The notes beneath the pieces are model-generated. The model searched no databases. It had not been told where the DNA came from and worked only from the letters and a program-made list of their open reading frames with translations. A stretch of DNA of 64,000 nt from Camelus ferus (lineage: Eukaryota): assembly GCF_009834535.1 (NCBI RefSeq), contig NC_045704.1:76260001-76324000 (forward strand), given 5' to 3'. A program made the translations under genes and the position numbers. This document shows, one piece after another, positions 49,124 to 60,625 of the stretch; position 1 is the stretch's first letter, and every line of letters begins with the position of its first letter.

Positions 49124-50523
49124 AATTAGCTTTTGATACATGGACATTTCTGCTTACTCGGGACTTAGTAGTAAAGGGCTCCACATTTTGAATGGCCTCA
49201 TAAATATATATTGAATTTAATTTTCTAACATGCAAAACTCATTTTCCTGTTGTTTGGAGGTTTTTCAGGCGGGAGGGGAGAGCAAGTTCCTATAAGTATT
49301 TTTGTTGTGTTCCATTAATTAGTTCATAAATCAGCGTGTCTTAGAATTGCACAGATTACCCTAAAGCCAATACACTTAGCATCGCAATGTTCAGCTGCAT
49401 TCTTCAGTCTCACCTATGACTTCCAAAGGTTTTGTTCCAAGCAATTAAAATTGCTAGGGTCACTTGGACATTAATAAGAAGTTAGTGATACTTCAAAGTT
49501 TTTACTATATTCCTTTTTTTAAAAAAAAAATTATCATATTTTCTTCAAAAATATTGTATATGAAATTATGAGCCACTGATTTTCCAGAGACTAATGATCA
49601 AATGTTACTATTTTTAATTATATGATTACGTAAGGTTTTTTTTAATCAGTGAAGAAAAATAGAGAAAATACTGGTGAACTAAAAGATAAAAAGTAAATTT
49701 AGTGATTCCTAAGCTTCTCCTACCCAGAAACAACCACAGTTAATATACATACGTTTTATTTCATCCCTCATGCCTTTTTTTTTTTAATCTTTCTCATTTT
49801 TGGTCAAAATGCCTTTTGTGCTTTATTGTCCACACTCATCTCTTGGTTGTTATGCACTTTTTTTGATGAGGCCTCTCACGGGGACAATGGAGGGGAAGAG
49901 GAACGAGAAACCCAGGGGATGAGAACACTCCTACACTGGATGTTCTCCATCGCTGGGTGTCACCAAAGCACCAAGAGAGGTCCAGCTCCTCTATATCCTC
50001 CCTCGATGTAGCCGCTGCACCCTCGCTGGGCACACGCAAGGGGCATGCAGAGAGGCAACGAACCTCCTCCACCTTTCCTGACCTGATTTTCACTTCTGAC
50101 TTTGGGATCGATAGCTTAAATGAGGAAGGAAAGCCACACGATGGAGAAAGATAACAACAGATTTAACAGTGACTTTGGCTGAAAGCAGGTTGGCCTGGAG
50201 AGAGTCATTTATTTTTCTTCACCTCCAGCGATTAAAGATTTAAATAGAACCAAAGTGGTCATCACTGACCGTGCTTAAGGGCACTGGTCATTATTAGCAA
50301 GTGCGCACATCATCTGTATGGCATGTCCAGTTAACCGCACCAACTCCCCCCGGCCCTCCCGGGGTCGGACTGCACAGAGGATCTTTAAAGGGGCCTGGAA
50401 ACTCCGTAATTCACCCCTGGTTCAATAGGAACATAGAAGATTTGGCCCATTTTCATTTCAGGTCATCCCAAAAATATAGCCCCAAGCTTTCTTGACATCT
50501 AGACCCACATAAGCCTTACTTTC

Positions 50524-50615
50524 TTTTTTTTTTTTTTAAATGGAGGTGCTGGGGATTGAACCCAGGACCTTGTGCATACTGAGCATGTGCTGTACCACTG
50601 AGCTATACCCTCCCC
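50524..50615 (-). mobile_element. tRNA-Ala-derived SINE (camelid vic-1 type)
   Basis: The - strand reads GGGGAGGGTATAGCTCAGTGGTACAGCACATGCTCAGTATGCACAAGGTCCTGGGTTCAATCCCCAGCACCTCCA-TTT-A14, with A box (TAGCTCAGTGG) and B box (GGTTCAATCCC). TSD-like tactttct at 50517-50524 and 50618-50625. Confidence 0.88.
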
Positions 50616-51725
50616 TCTACTTTCTAATTTATGAGGTAAATTCCAAAGCTTATAATATTTATTCTTTTCTCAGAGACAGTAAGACTAATATGTATCCTTC
50701 AACCATCCACTAAAATAGATTAAGAATATTCTCATTAAGCATTAAAAATATAAAGGAGGCAGAAAACACAAACATTTGAAATAAGGGTTCACCAAGTTAT
50801 AGACCAACAGAAACTTCTTTATGAGAGATACCGGCAGGTACGGCTGCAACACAGGGTTGGGTAGAAGAGATTAACATGTAAAACTGATCAGGAGAACGAA
50901 GAATGGAGAAGAACTGTAGGGGAGCAGAGCAAGAGACATTCAGAGGATTCAAACAGGCCAAAGAGATCGCCACATGGACGTCTTCAGGAAAAGCAAAATA
51001 AGCTGATGTACCATGGAAGGAGCAAATGTAACAGTAAAGGGTGCCGTATGTCAGTAATTAAAAGAAGAGGAGAAAGAAGCTGAAAGGCAGAATGAAGAAG
51101 CTGAAGAGAAAGACGGTGAGAAGGCAGTAGGTGAGGGAAATTCCCTCACGTTCTGCACATGAGATATGGACTCAAATGCTGCCTTTCACAGTCTTACTGA
51201 GGCTTTGAAAGAGGAACTTTGCTGAAGGAGAAATGCATTGGCCTTGACTTCAGCTCAGCTTGAAGTACAGTGTTCAGCGTGGCCTCCACTGAAATCCGTG
51301 GTGCAGACACTACTGTGTCTCCTCTTCCAACGTTCCATGTAGTCAGCAACTATTTTTTTTTTTTTATAATTCTCATTCTTTAAGTCAAAAAATAATTTTC
51401 TAAGCCAGAGAGGCCTCCTTAAGTGACAAAGCCATTTATTAACAAAGTAAGAAAAAACTCCACTATGACCCATGGAGAGTCATGAATCTGTCCATCCGTC
51501 TGTGCAGCCATTCTTTATTCATTTATTGTCTGTTCACTATTCTGTATCAACTCTCATTTATCCATTCTTTATTCCACAAGGCACTGCTATTAGGCATGAC
51601 TAGATCAATAAGATAAAGACTTTATCTTCAAGGAGTTTACTCTCTACGATGTAATTACATTTCCATTCCTGTAAAAATACACAAGTTTCTTGTTTTTGCC
51701 TTAATCCTGGGGTTCCTAGGGTTAT

Positions 51726-51727
<2 letters not shown>

Positions 51728-51763
<36 letters not shown>
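51728..51763. repeat. (CA)18 microsatellite
   Basis: Perfect run. Confidence 0.97.
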
Positions 51764-51767
<4 letters not shown>

Positions 51768-52559
51768 ATCTTCAGAGCAATAACCTAATTATTTTTATCA
51801 ACTTAAGGAAAAAAAAGTTATATTTGTATATTTTTCAGAGTTCAACAGGTTTTCTTTTACTGGAAGAAATAAATCATGCCAAGCTCCCAGCCTTCCATTG
51901 CCTGGTTTGCACTGGGTGGCTGACATGTTACTTCCCTTCTCTTCCCCCTCTAAGAACTGCCTTGCATGATGTTCACATCCGCCCACCCTGTGCAGTGAGC
52001 TGAACAGGGTTTGATCCGCCTCATTAACATCTGAAGAAAAGAAAGGTCTAAGACTAACCGAAGTAATGGATTTGGCAAATCCGTGATCTCTGACTCGGAA
52101 TCCCGCATTCTTCACACTCAGCATGTTACCGCCTAGTGCTAGGACAAATAGAGGTGGGGAAATTGCAATGCAGAAAGAAAAAGCCTGTTTGGAGCTGAAC
52201 AGTTAGAGCGGTTGCATCACAGTGATTCTTCAGAAGCTGCTTCAAGATAGCTGACCACTGTCAGCTCACACACAGCACCGTGATGTGTACAGCAGGTTAA
52301 GGCCTCCACTGCAGTGGCAGCAAGAACTGTGGTTTTCTGGTCTCCCAGAAACCCTATGTCAGTGGAAAGAGAGCACTCTCCTGGTGACCGCCACTGTGAT
52401 GCCATCACCATAAAAACCAGTCCTCGCAATGGGCTTAAGGTGAGATGCCACAGCCCCTCAGTCTTCTGCTGACCCCCCACCGCACCCCTGCTCTCTCTGC
52501 TCCAGCCTCACAGGCCCCCTTGCTCTTCGTTGGAACAAGCTACGCCCACTTCTAATTCG

Positions 52560-52890
52560 AGCTTTTGCTCTGCTGTGTTCTCTGCCTGAACCACTTTCTT
52601 CCCAAATATGTTCATGGAATCCTCCCATACTGCCTTTAAGCCCTCAGCTTTTCCATAAGCCGCACCCTGTTCATTAAACCTAAAATGTCAAACACCTCCA
52701 CCCCTGCCATTCCCTTTACTCTGTTTTTTTTTTGTTTTGTTTTGCTATAGTGCTTCTCATCTTCTAAAGTGTATACTTTACTTATTTAATATATATTTTA
52801 TTTATCATCTGTCCCCACCTCCTTGGCCTATCAAAGGTACATCTGAAGTGGCTCACCACAATGTTTGTTACATTTTTGTTGAATGTATGA
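52560..52890 (+). mobile_element. L2 3' portion
   Basis: gcttttgctctgctgtgttctctgcctgaaccactttcttccc...tttatcatctgtcccc...tttgttacatttttgttgaatgtatgaatgaa. Confidence 0.7.
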
Positions 52891-53059
52891 ATGAACACAT
52901 CCCTAAACAGAAGTCGGGAGTCGATTAAGATGCATGCATGGGAGATACTGCTTTTATAACTGAGATTCATAGGAGGAGTCAAGTCTTTTAAACTGTACTT
53001 TTTATAACTATTAGAGTTACTTAAATGTCTTTCATTTTGGAATTTCCCCCATGGAAATA

Positions 53060-53281
53060 ATTCCCAGAGGGGTCCCGGGTTCCCTTAATCCCCGGTGTCT
53101 CTGTGCAGGAGCCGTTTCCCCCAGCGCCGCCGGCGTTGCCAAAGCAGCGCGGGCGGTCCGCTCCTTGGCGCGGGTCCCCGGCCCTGCCTGCGCGCCGCCG
53201 CCGCCGCCGCGCCGTGCACGCGGGGTGCACCTGCGCCGGCCTTGCCGGCGGCGGGCTTTGCCGTCCGGTCCGTGTTAACAC
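53060..53281. promoter_or_regulatory. Orphan intergenic CpG island with (GCC)5
   Basis: About 220 bp of extreme GC/CpG content (cagcgccgccggcg, gcgcgggcggtccg, cgcgccgccgccgccgccgcgccgtgcacgcgggg). No repeat or coding similarity recognised. Confidence 0.75.
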
Positions 53282-54389
53282 TCCAGTGCAGGCCCTCCTC
53301 ACTGGCACGTATTCTGTCTGATAAACCTTGTCTTCCCCGCCCTTCCCGCTCTGTCTTCTCTTCTCCTACAGAAACATTACTTATTTATACCCAGGAGCGA
53401 AGCGTACTTCCTCCTAACATTCTCCACGTAAGATGTTCCACTTGCAAGATACAGGCTAGGGAAGTAGCGTAGGTTTGACAGGAACCAGAGCCGGAAGGAG
53501 AAGAGATGGAGACCCTAGGAAGCCCCCCGCATCAGGGTGGGTTTGCCATGCCATCTCCTCAAGGAGCCGGCTCCACATGCCTCAGCCTCCAAAATCACTC
53601 CCCGTGCTTCCTCCTTAATGCAGCGCTGCTGTATATTTAGCAATGGAAAACCCTGACCCCTCTGATCCGTCCGACTGGGCCATACCCCACAGAAGGTATC
53701 TCGCCCGGAAAGGAGCGCAGAAAGCCTTTAATTTTCTTTAATTTGTCATGGTTTTCATTTCCATTTGAATGGTGTGTGTCAGAAGACCTCTGCGTGGTGA
53801 AATATCTTACCCGTGTCATCGTACCCTCCACCTCGTGCCCACGAACTACACCGTGGAGTCGCTTCTGGCAGGAACCCCTCCTTCTCCACTGCCTGGACAT
53901 CACGTCCTCATCCGCCTTCGCCGGCATTGTAACAAAGCTCATGCGGGAGCATTCTCCAGGGAGGGGACACAGACTTGCAGGATGGTGCTTTGCTCAGCAC
54001 ACAATGATCACCGACCAGCTGTTTAACCAGCTAAGTAAGACATTTGTAATCTTGCTGTTATGTTGCACGTGTGCAAGGCCACTCGCTACATCACCAGAGA
54101 GAATCCAGTCTTACTCTTAGTCCATCACAAACATGTGTGGGGGCCAGATTATCTTTGTTGCTCTCCCAGAATCAGAGGGAAGCCTGCCACTCTTTCTTCC
54201 TCTTTTTCCTTGAAGTCTCTCTGCCCCTCAAGGTGCTGGCTCCATCTAGCTGTAGCTCCCATGGTACAAGTCTATGGGGTGCATTTACAGGAGTGGAGAC
54301 CAGGCAGATAATCACACTCTTCAGCATAAAACATCTGAAAGACGGGCTTTCATTTGCTAGTATCTCTCAGCTCTCAAGCATTATATTAA

Positions 54390-54600
54390 GAGCTAAAAAA
54401 TCAGTAGTGCTCCGACTAGGTGCCAGGCACTGTGCTCAGCACCTGATGTGTATTATCTCATTTAAAGTTCATGAAACCTAAGACTTGAATACTATCATTT
54501 TTCTGATGATTTCATAGACTAAGAAGGTGAGACCTGGAGATCAAACAGCTAAGTAGTAAAGAATTCAGAATTCCAACCCAAGGTGTCTAATTCTGGAGCT
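54390..54600 (-). mobile_element. MIR SINE
   Basis: aggtgccaggcactgtgctcagcacctgatgtgtattatctcatttaaagttcatgaaac...ttccaacccaaggtgtctaattctggagc. Confidence 0.8.
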
Positions 54601-55984
54601 GGCATGCAGAGGGTCTCCAGCAGTGTCAAGGAGGTCAAAGGAGCTGAGACATGCAAAGCACTTAAAACATTGCCTGGCACATGGGGAGGCTCAATGCAAA
54701 GGTGTGCTCCCCACCAGGGACAAGCATGGGAGGGAGCCGAATGGGGAAGGGAAAGGAGAGGTGAGTGTTGCCACACACTCATTACTTTGAGAGTGTATGT
54801 AAAGAATGAAGGTGAAAAAAAAATGTTGCATTGGGAGGCTTTCTTTCCCTTATCAAATATTTATGGAGTGACTATTGAGGGCCAGGCCTCATGCTAAGTG
54901 GGAAGATTCAACCTAATTGTTGCCCCAAAGGAGACAGAAGAAGAGACCTATGAATGGGTAAGCCGGTGAAGTGGTATAGGCCTTCCTCGAGCATGACTGA
55001 CAGCGAAGAAGGAGCGGCCAACCCTACGGGGTGGGGTTCAGGTAAGGAAGGATTTCATAGGTGTGCCATTGGCTGGAATGAGGACCCAATTTGTAACACA
55101 ACTGCTGCAGCAATGAGGGGTATCAGGATGAACATTTTCCTGAATTCGGTCTGCTAAGCCTGGAGGTAGCCAGAAGCCACTCCCAGATGTCTGAAGGGTA
55201 TTTCTGGCCACCTCCCCTCTCATCAGTACAGTGGGAAGCAGACACTGCTCACGACTATATGCTTAATGAAGTGTAGAGTTTAATCCCAAACACTCAGTCG
55301 CATAAACCTGCTTTAGCTTTGATAACTAAATCGTCTTTCTTTTGTTCCAGAAAGGTCATGTTCACTGTAGCTATAAAGAGGGTGTTAGGCAGTGAACTTG
55401 GATTTACATTTCAGTTTTGTTTTGTGTTTATAGCCCCCAAATTCTAATAATTTTCTATCATACCCAGATTGTCACATTTTCCTGTTGTCATTACACTAAC
55501 TAAATTGACTTGTTTCCCTGTCTACAGTTTATACTTACAGAGTTAGAATAAACCCAGGAAAACGTCACACAGTGGAGTTGACAACTGGTCCTGGAGTTTT
55601 ACGACTTGGCATCCAGTCTCTGGTCTTCCATTTACAAGCGTCACTTTAACTTGGATTAATCACCTGTAAAATGGGTTTTATGATAGATACAGAGTGAGTT
55701 GCTGCTCTGGAACTTGGAAAGAAATAAGACTGGCTTCTGAGAACTCAACCAGAATTCCACACCACAGCTGCGACAGGCTTCTATGGTTAAAGCAAGAGAC
55801 TCTCTGTGACTTGGAGCTTCAGAAACGTCCCAAATTCCAATCAGGTTGGTCTGGATGCAAACTCAGGGAGGGTAAGTGGAACATAATTAAGATTTAGTTA
55901 GTACAAAAAAATCAATAATATTGACTCCTTTCTGGAGATTCCGTGAACAAAGAGGTAAGCTGGGCCAGCCAGGGGTGGGGGTAT

Positions 55985-56190
55985 TCAGTCAAGTACGGCT
56001 CATGGACCAAATCCAGCTGGTTGCTTTTTTTGTAAATAAGGTTTTAAGGAACATTTGTTTACCTATTGTCTATGGCTGTTGTGAGGCCATCATTACAGAG
56101 CTGAGTGGTTATGGCAGAAATGATATGGCCCACAATACCTCAAATATTTACCGTCTGGCCTTTTACAGAAAAAGCTTGCTGATCCCTGCT
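55985..56190 (-). mobile_element. MER58A-like (hAT-Charlie)
   Basis: ggaccaaatccagc...tttttgtaaataaggttttaaggaaca...ttgtctatggctg...aaatatttaccgtctggccttttacagaaaaagcttgctgatccctg. Confidence 0.85.
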
Positions 56191-56574
56191 GTGGAAGATC
56201 AGTCTTTGATACTTTAAATTTTGGTCTCTTCTGGCTCATCTCCAGAATAAAATGTACTCCCATTAGTTCCCAAGATGGGGCCCAGGGACCCTGATTCTTA
56301 TCAGAATCTCCATATGTGGGGTGTAATTATAAATGTCCCCTAATGTGGACACAGTGATGGAAATGCCAGAGTTTCCAAGTTTCGAAATGTTTAGGGTGAG
56401 ATGCCTGATAAGTGCAACACGAGATGTCAGGGCCCCTAATAGCCACATCCCCACCTTGGAAAGGAATACATCAGAGCTGTCAGAGCTGAACACCATTTAA
56501 TAATCAGATATATAATCCCCAGGCTCTGTTCTGCACCCCTAAAGCAGTCCTCTTCTCATCTGACTCCCCATGGA

Positions 56575-56593
56575 CAGTGCCCCCTAGAGAGCT
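56575..56593 (-). promoter_or_regulatory. Candidate CTCF binding site
   Basis: The - strand reads AGCTCTCTAGGGGGCACTG versus consensus TGGCCACCAGGGGGCGCTA; the core CTAGGGGGCACT is intact. Motif only. Confidence 0.4.
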
Positions 56594-57309
56594 GGTCCAG
56601 GCGGCGTCTCTCCACTTGCCTGCCGCTCTGCTCACTACAGATGGCTAAATCAGTGTCAGTCTCTCCGAACTTGGTTTGTGTGCCTCAGTCCCTGCGTGGC
56701 AGATACACTCTCAACGTAACAACACATTCAGGGCTCTGAACCGACAAGGTTGTGAGAGTTACATGAGTAACGAGCATGAACCCAAGTTGGTAAGCTTGAA
56801 AGACCCACCCTGCTGCTTTGATTGCCAGTGTGTATATTTAACAAAAACCAAGGGAGAAGGGCGGGACTATTATTCTTTGTGGAGGAGGCTTTGCTAGTAG
56901 TGGAAATAATGTCATATGGTTTGTTAACACTTTTTTATTGAAGTGGCTGGTGGAAACTTACCAGTTAATTTCAGTTCCAATTCTCGCTTAAGCAGTTCTT
57001 ACATCTATTCTGCTCTCCCCCTCAGCCTTCCCCCCTGCCCCACCCCTGGGTGAAGTCCTCGTCATCTCTGGCCTGGGCTGCAGTCCACCCCGAATGACCT
57101 CTCAGCCACCAGGTAAGAGAGTGCTGTCCCCAAACATGAAGCTCGGCGTGTCCGCCTCACTCAACTTTTCTCAGTAATACAGCTTTCACACTCCTCCCCA
57201 GCCTGGCCCCACCACACCAGCCACATCAGCCATGATCCAGCGACCCTCCACATGTACAAATTCTGCAACATGGCATTCCCTTTAACTCCTTTGCTATGGC
57301 AGGCTGCTG

Positions 57310-57740
57310 GTTGTTCCTGATAGCTCGTCCTTCCCTTTTTCATCTTATTAAAAATATATTTTCCTGCCTGCCACCTCACAGCTAGATGTGGCCATGTGTC
57401 TGTTCTCCAAGCCAATGAAATGCAGGAGGAAGAGAAGTGGGCAACTTCTGCCTCACTTGACTGAAGTGAGCTGGCTTGCCCTGGACCTCTTCTCTCCTTC
57501 CTTCCTACGATTGGAACACGCCCTTAGCAGCAAGCCAGCTGTAGCTCTACCAATCTCAGACGAGTGTGGAGCTGCAAGTTAGAAGGCTCTCAGTCACTGG
57601 CTGACCTGGTGGAGCAGACCCGCCCCCTCATCCAACTGACTTCCCACCTTCAGACGTCATGTGAGAGACAGATGGAGTTATTCCAAGTCACTGCCTTGTA
57701 GCTCCTTTGTTACAGCATTTAGCCTTTACCCTGACACTCT
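57310..57740 (+). mobile_element. MLT1J/I-type MaLR LTR
   Basis: cagctagatgtggccatgtgtctgttctccaagccaatgaaatgcaggagg...catgtgagagacag...ctttgttacagcatttagcctttaccctgac. Confidence 0.75.
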
Positions 57741-59235
57741 TGCCTCCATGTGTTCTAACTCTTCAGGCGGCTCTATCCCTGGTCACTCCGCCAGCTCCAG
57801 GCCACCATTTTTGTGGAGTAGCACGATGCCTCAGGACCAAGCAGGATTAGTCCTTCCTTGCCTGTGCACTCGCTCCACGGCACGTTCGCTTGATTATATC
57901 ACCAGGCTGCTGTGACCTGATTTTTGGCTCATCTGCTCCATGACCATACTCTCCCATCAGCAAGGTGAGGACCATTTTCAGTTCATCTTTGAATCTTTAG
58001 GCCAAAGTGTAGCATGTGGTAGGAAGTCAACATGTTTTAAAAGGTAAGTGAATCATGGCTCCTCATCTTCCAGCTGAGCAGTAAGGAACGTTTGAAGGGT
58101 TAAGAAGAGAAGCAGAAGACAGAAAACTAGAGAAGGGACTAAATGAGACGGAAGGAGGGAAGGCTGAGGTATAGACCCTGCCCTCCAGGTCTTCTGCATC
58201 CCCACGAGCACCCAGCCCTCCGAAGGACACAGTCACCACTTGTTGACTGGATCGGGCCATTGCTTGTCAGCGTTGCTTCCCTCTATCAGATCCCAAGGGA
58301 GCTGTCATAGGAAGTCAGTCAGAAGACTGAAAGAATAGTTGGGGGGTAGGGGTGCAGATTGCCTGTTATTTAACAACACCTGTCACCCAAGTCCCTGAGT
58401 AAACAAATCTAGATTAGATGTACTCACGTGTTTAGACATATGGCTTTAATTAATTCAATATATTTTGGTTTGTAAAATGTCTCAGTGGCATGATACTTAT
58501 TAAAACCCATTTCTTTATTTCATCAGATTTTCAAACAGAAACTCTCAAAGGAGATTGCTCCTCTAACTGAGACTATTTCTTTCCTATAGTCAGGGTGCTC
58601 TGTAAAGACAGTACACATTGCTTGTGGTAGCAAACGCTAGAGAAAGAGCTGGGAAACTCGGTGGCCTTTAATTATGCAGGATTTCATCGTGCAAGCATGT
58701 ACAATCAGTATTTGTTCATCTTAATCTGATTACCAGCTAGTGGTGTTCATCCCCTCCATCAACAGGATAACAATATGACACATTTCATAGACTTTCCTGG
58801 GACGCTTCTAACAAGCTTATTGGAAGGATTTTAATCAGCCAATGAGCTCTTCAGTGGCGTTTTCAGGAGCCGGGGCACCTTCTTGCACTTACATCCCACA
58901 ACCATATTTGCCTGACATCTTGTGGCCACAAGGAACATGACAGCCGATAAACCCCACATCTGCACACAGTGCGAGAGGCATCTTTGAATGCTAATGTTGG
59001 CATTACAAGTAGAGCAACTACAAAACTGCTTAGAAGATGTGTGACATGTAATTATTCCATGTAATTAAAATGGAAACTAGCCTTTTCCTTTTGTATGTAT
59101 GTGGCAAGTTGGAACATGTGGTTCTGTTCTTCCAAGGAAAGGAATGGGGCCTCTAACTGGGCTCGACCACATTTGGCTTGGTGTCCACTGCCTTGGCCAC
59201 AGAACCTTCCTCCTGTGAAAGGTCCACCAAAACAG

Positions 59236-59470
59236 GAAGGGATGAATTTTGGAGTTTGAGATTTACCAATGTTAACCACTATATATAAAAAATAGATAAA
59301 AAACCAAATTTATTCTGTATAGCACAGGGAACTATATTCAATATCTTATAATAACTTTTAATGAAAAAGAATATGAAGATGAATATATATGCATGACTGG
59401 GACATTATGCTGTACACCAGAAATTAACACAAGGTAACTGACTATACTTCAATTTAAAAAAAAAAAAAAA
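59236..59470 (+). mobile_element. 5'-truncated L1 3' end with A15 tail
   Basis: ggaagggatgaattttggagtttgagattt...ctgtatagcacagggaactatattcaatatcttataataac...gactgggacattatgctgtacaccagaaatt...acttcaatttA15; same subfamily as the 45361 copy. Confidence 0.9.
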
Positions 59471-59889
59471 CAAAGAATTATAATAAAAATAGTGACACTC
59501 ATCAAAAACAAAAACAAAAGCCAGAACGTGGCTCACTTGGGCTGAGGAAAGAAAGAGGATCTGCAGTCAGCTCCTCTGGGAAAGAGGATTTCAAGCTGGG
59601 ATTGTTAGAACAAAGAGTGAAGAATCTTCTGAGTACAAAAGAGGGGACTGATAAAAGGTTTCATTATCAATGGGTGTGATACAGTGTTGTGGCTTACAAA
59701 CTGTTCTTTTAGCACTAGAAACATTTTGTTTAAAACCAGATTTAGTGTGGAATCCTGTAACTATAAAACAGGAGGAAAAAAAGGAGCTTTGATTGAATCC
59801 AGGGGTCTGAGCCCCACTGGCTTAGCTTCCCTGCCCCCCCGTGAGACTTCCCCAAACCCAGACCTTTGAGGAACCAGCCTGAAAACCAC

Positions 59890-60100
59890 TGGGAAGACGG
59901 AAATAGTTTAGAGTGAAATCAGAACTCCTGGCTTTGTATTCCAACTCTGTCCCTCAGTAGCTAGAGCATCACTTAATAAGTCATTAACCTTTCTAAACCT
60001 CAGGTTTTTCATCTATAAAATAGAGGAACTAATATTTATTCCCCAGAGTTATTGGGACCATTAAAGGAGGCAGTAAAATGAAAGTGCTTTGTAATTACTA
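59890..60100 (+). mobile_element. MIR SINE
   Basis: tcagaactcctggctttgtattccaactctg...aagtcattaacctttctaaacctcaggtttttcatctataaaatagagg...aaagtgctttgtaa. Confidence 0.85.
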
Positions 60101-60599
60101 GACAAATGATCACGTTGTCATCATTAGGCAGCCGTAACGGGTAGTCACGCAACCAAGAGAAACAGGCGCCAGACAGTGCCTTGCACTGTCCTCTTGCCAG
60201 GTTCCAAGGAAATCTGGAGGAATCCATTGGCAGTCTTGATTAATGAATATGTCCCTGAGTAGCTTAGAGTAGCTAAAACACAGTGGGATGCTCTGAAACC
60301 TACAATACAGGGTCTCCAAACCCATGACCGTTCATTGTCAGCACCTTGCTTATGAAGGACAGCTTTCCCTGAACCTGGTACCCACTGCCACCTCATGTGA
60401 CAACCAAATCAGAAGACCTATACTTGTGTGTCTGAGAAGAAGGTACAGAGGCAGAGTCACAGACAGGTTGTAACTTGTCTCTGAGCGCACAGCAGGCTCG
60501 TGACTGAGCTGGGACTAGGTTCCACTTCTCTTGTCACTCCAGTGATCACCCACCTGCCTAGGGGACAGCCTGTCTTATAACAGACACCCATCTACATCA

Positions 60600-60625
60600 G
60601 GGAGGGGAGGGAGGGGAGGGAGGGG
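60600..60625 (+). repeat. (GGGA/GGGGA)n G-quadruplex-forming tract
   Basis: GGGAGGGGAGGGAGGGGAGGGAGGGG: six G-runs with 1-nt loops. Confidence 0.8.

Noticed and set aside
50541-50612. Functional tRNA-Ala gene
   Set aside because: Poly(A) tail, TSD-like flanks and stem and anticodon substitutions indicate a SINE copy.
26167-53048. Enrichment of NF-kB sites (26167, 38589, 51135, 53039)
   Set aside because: About four GGGRNWYYCC matches in 64 kb is near random expectation; only the palindromic and island-adjacent ones are noted.
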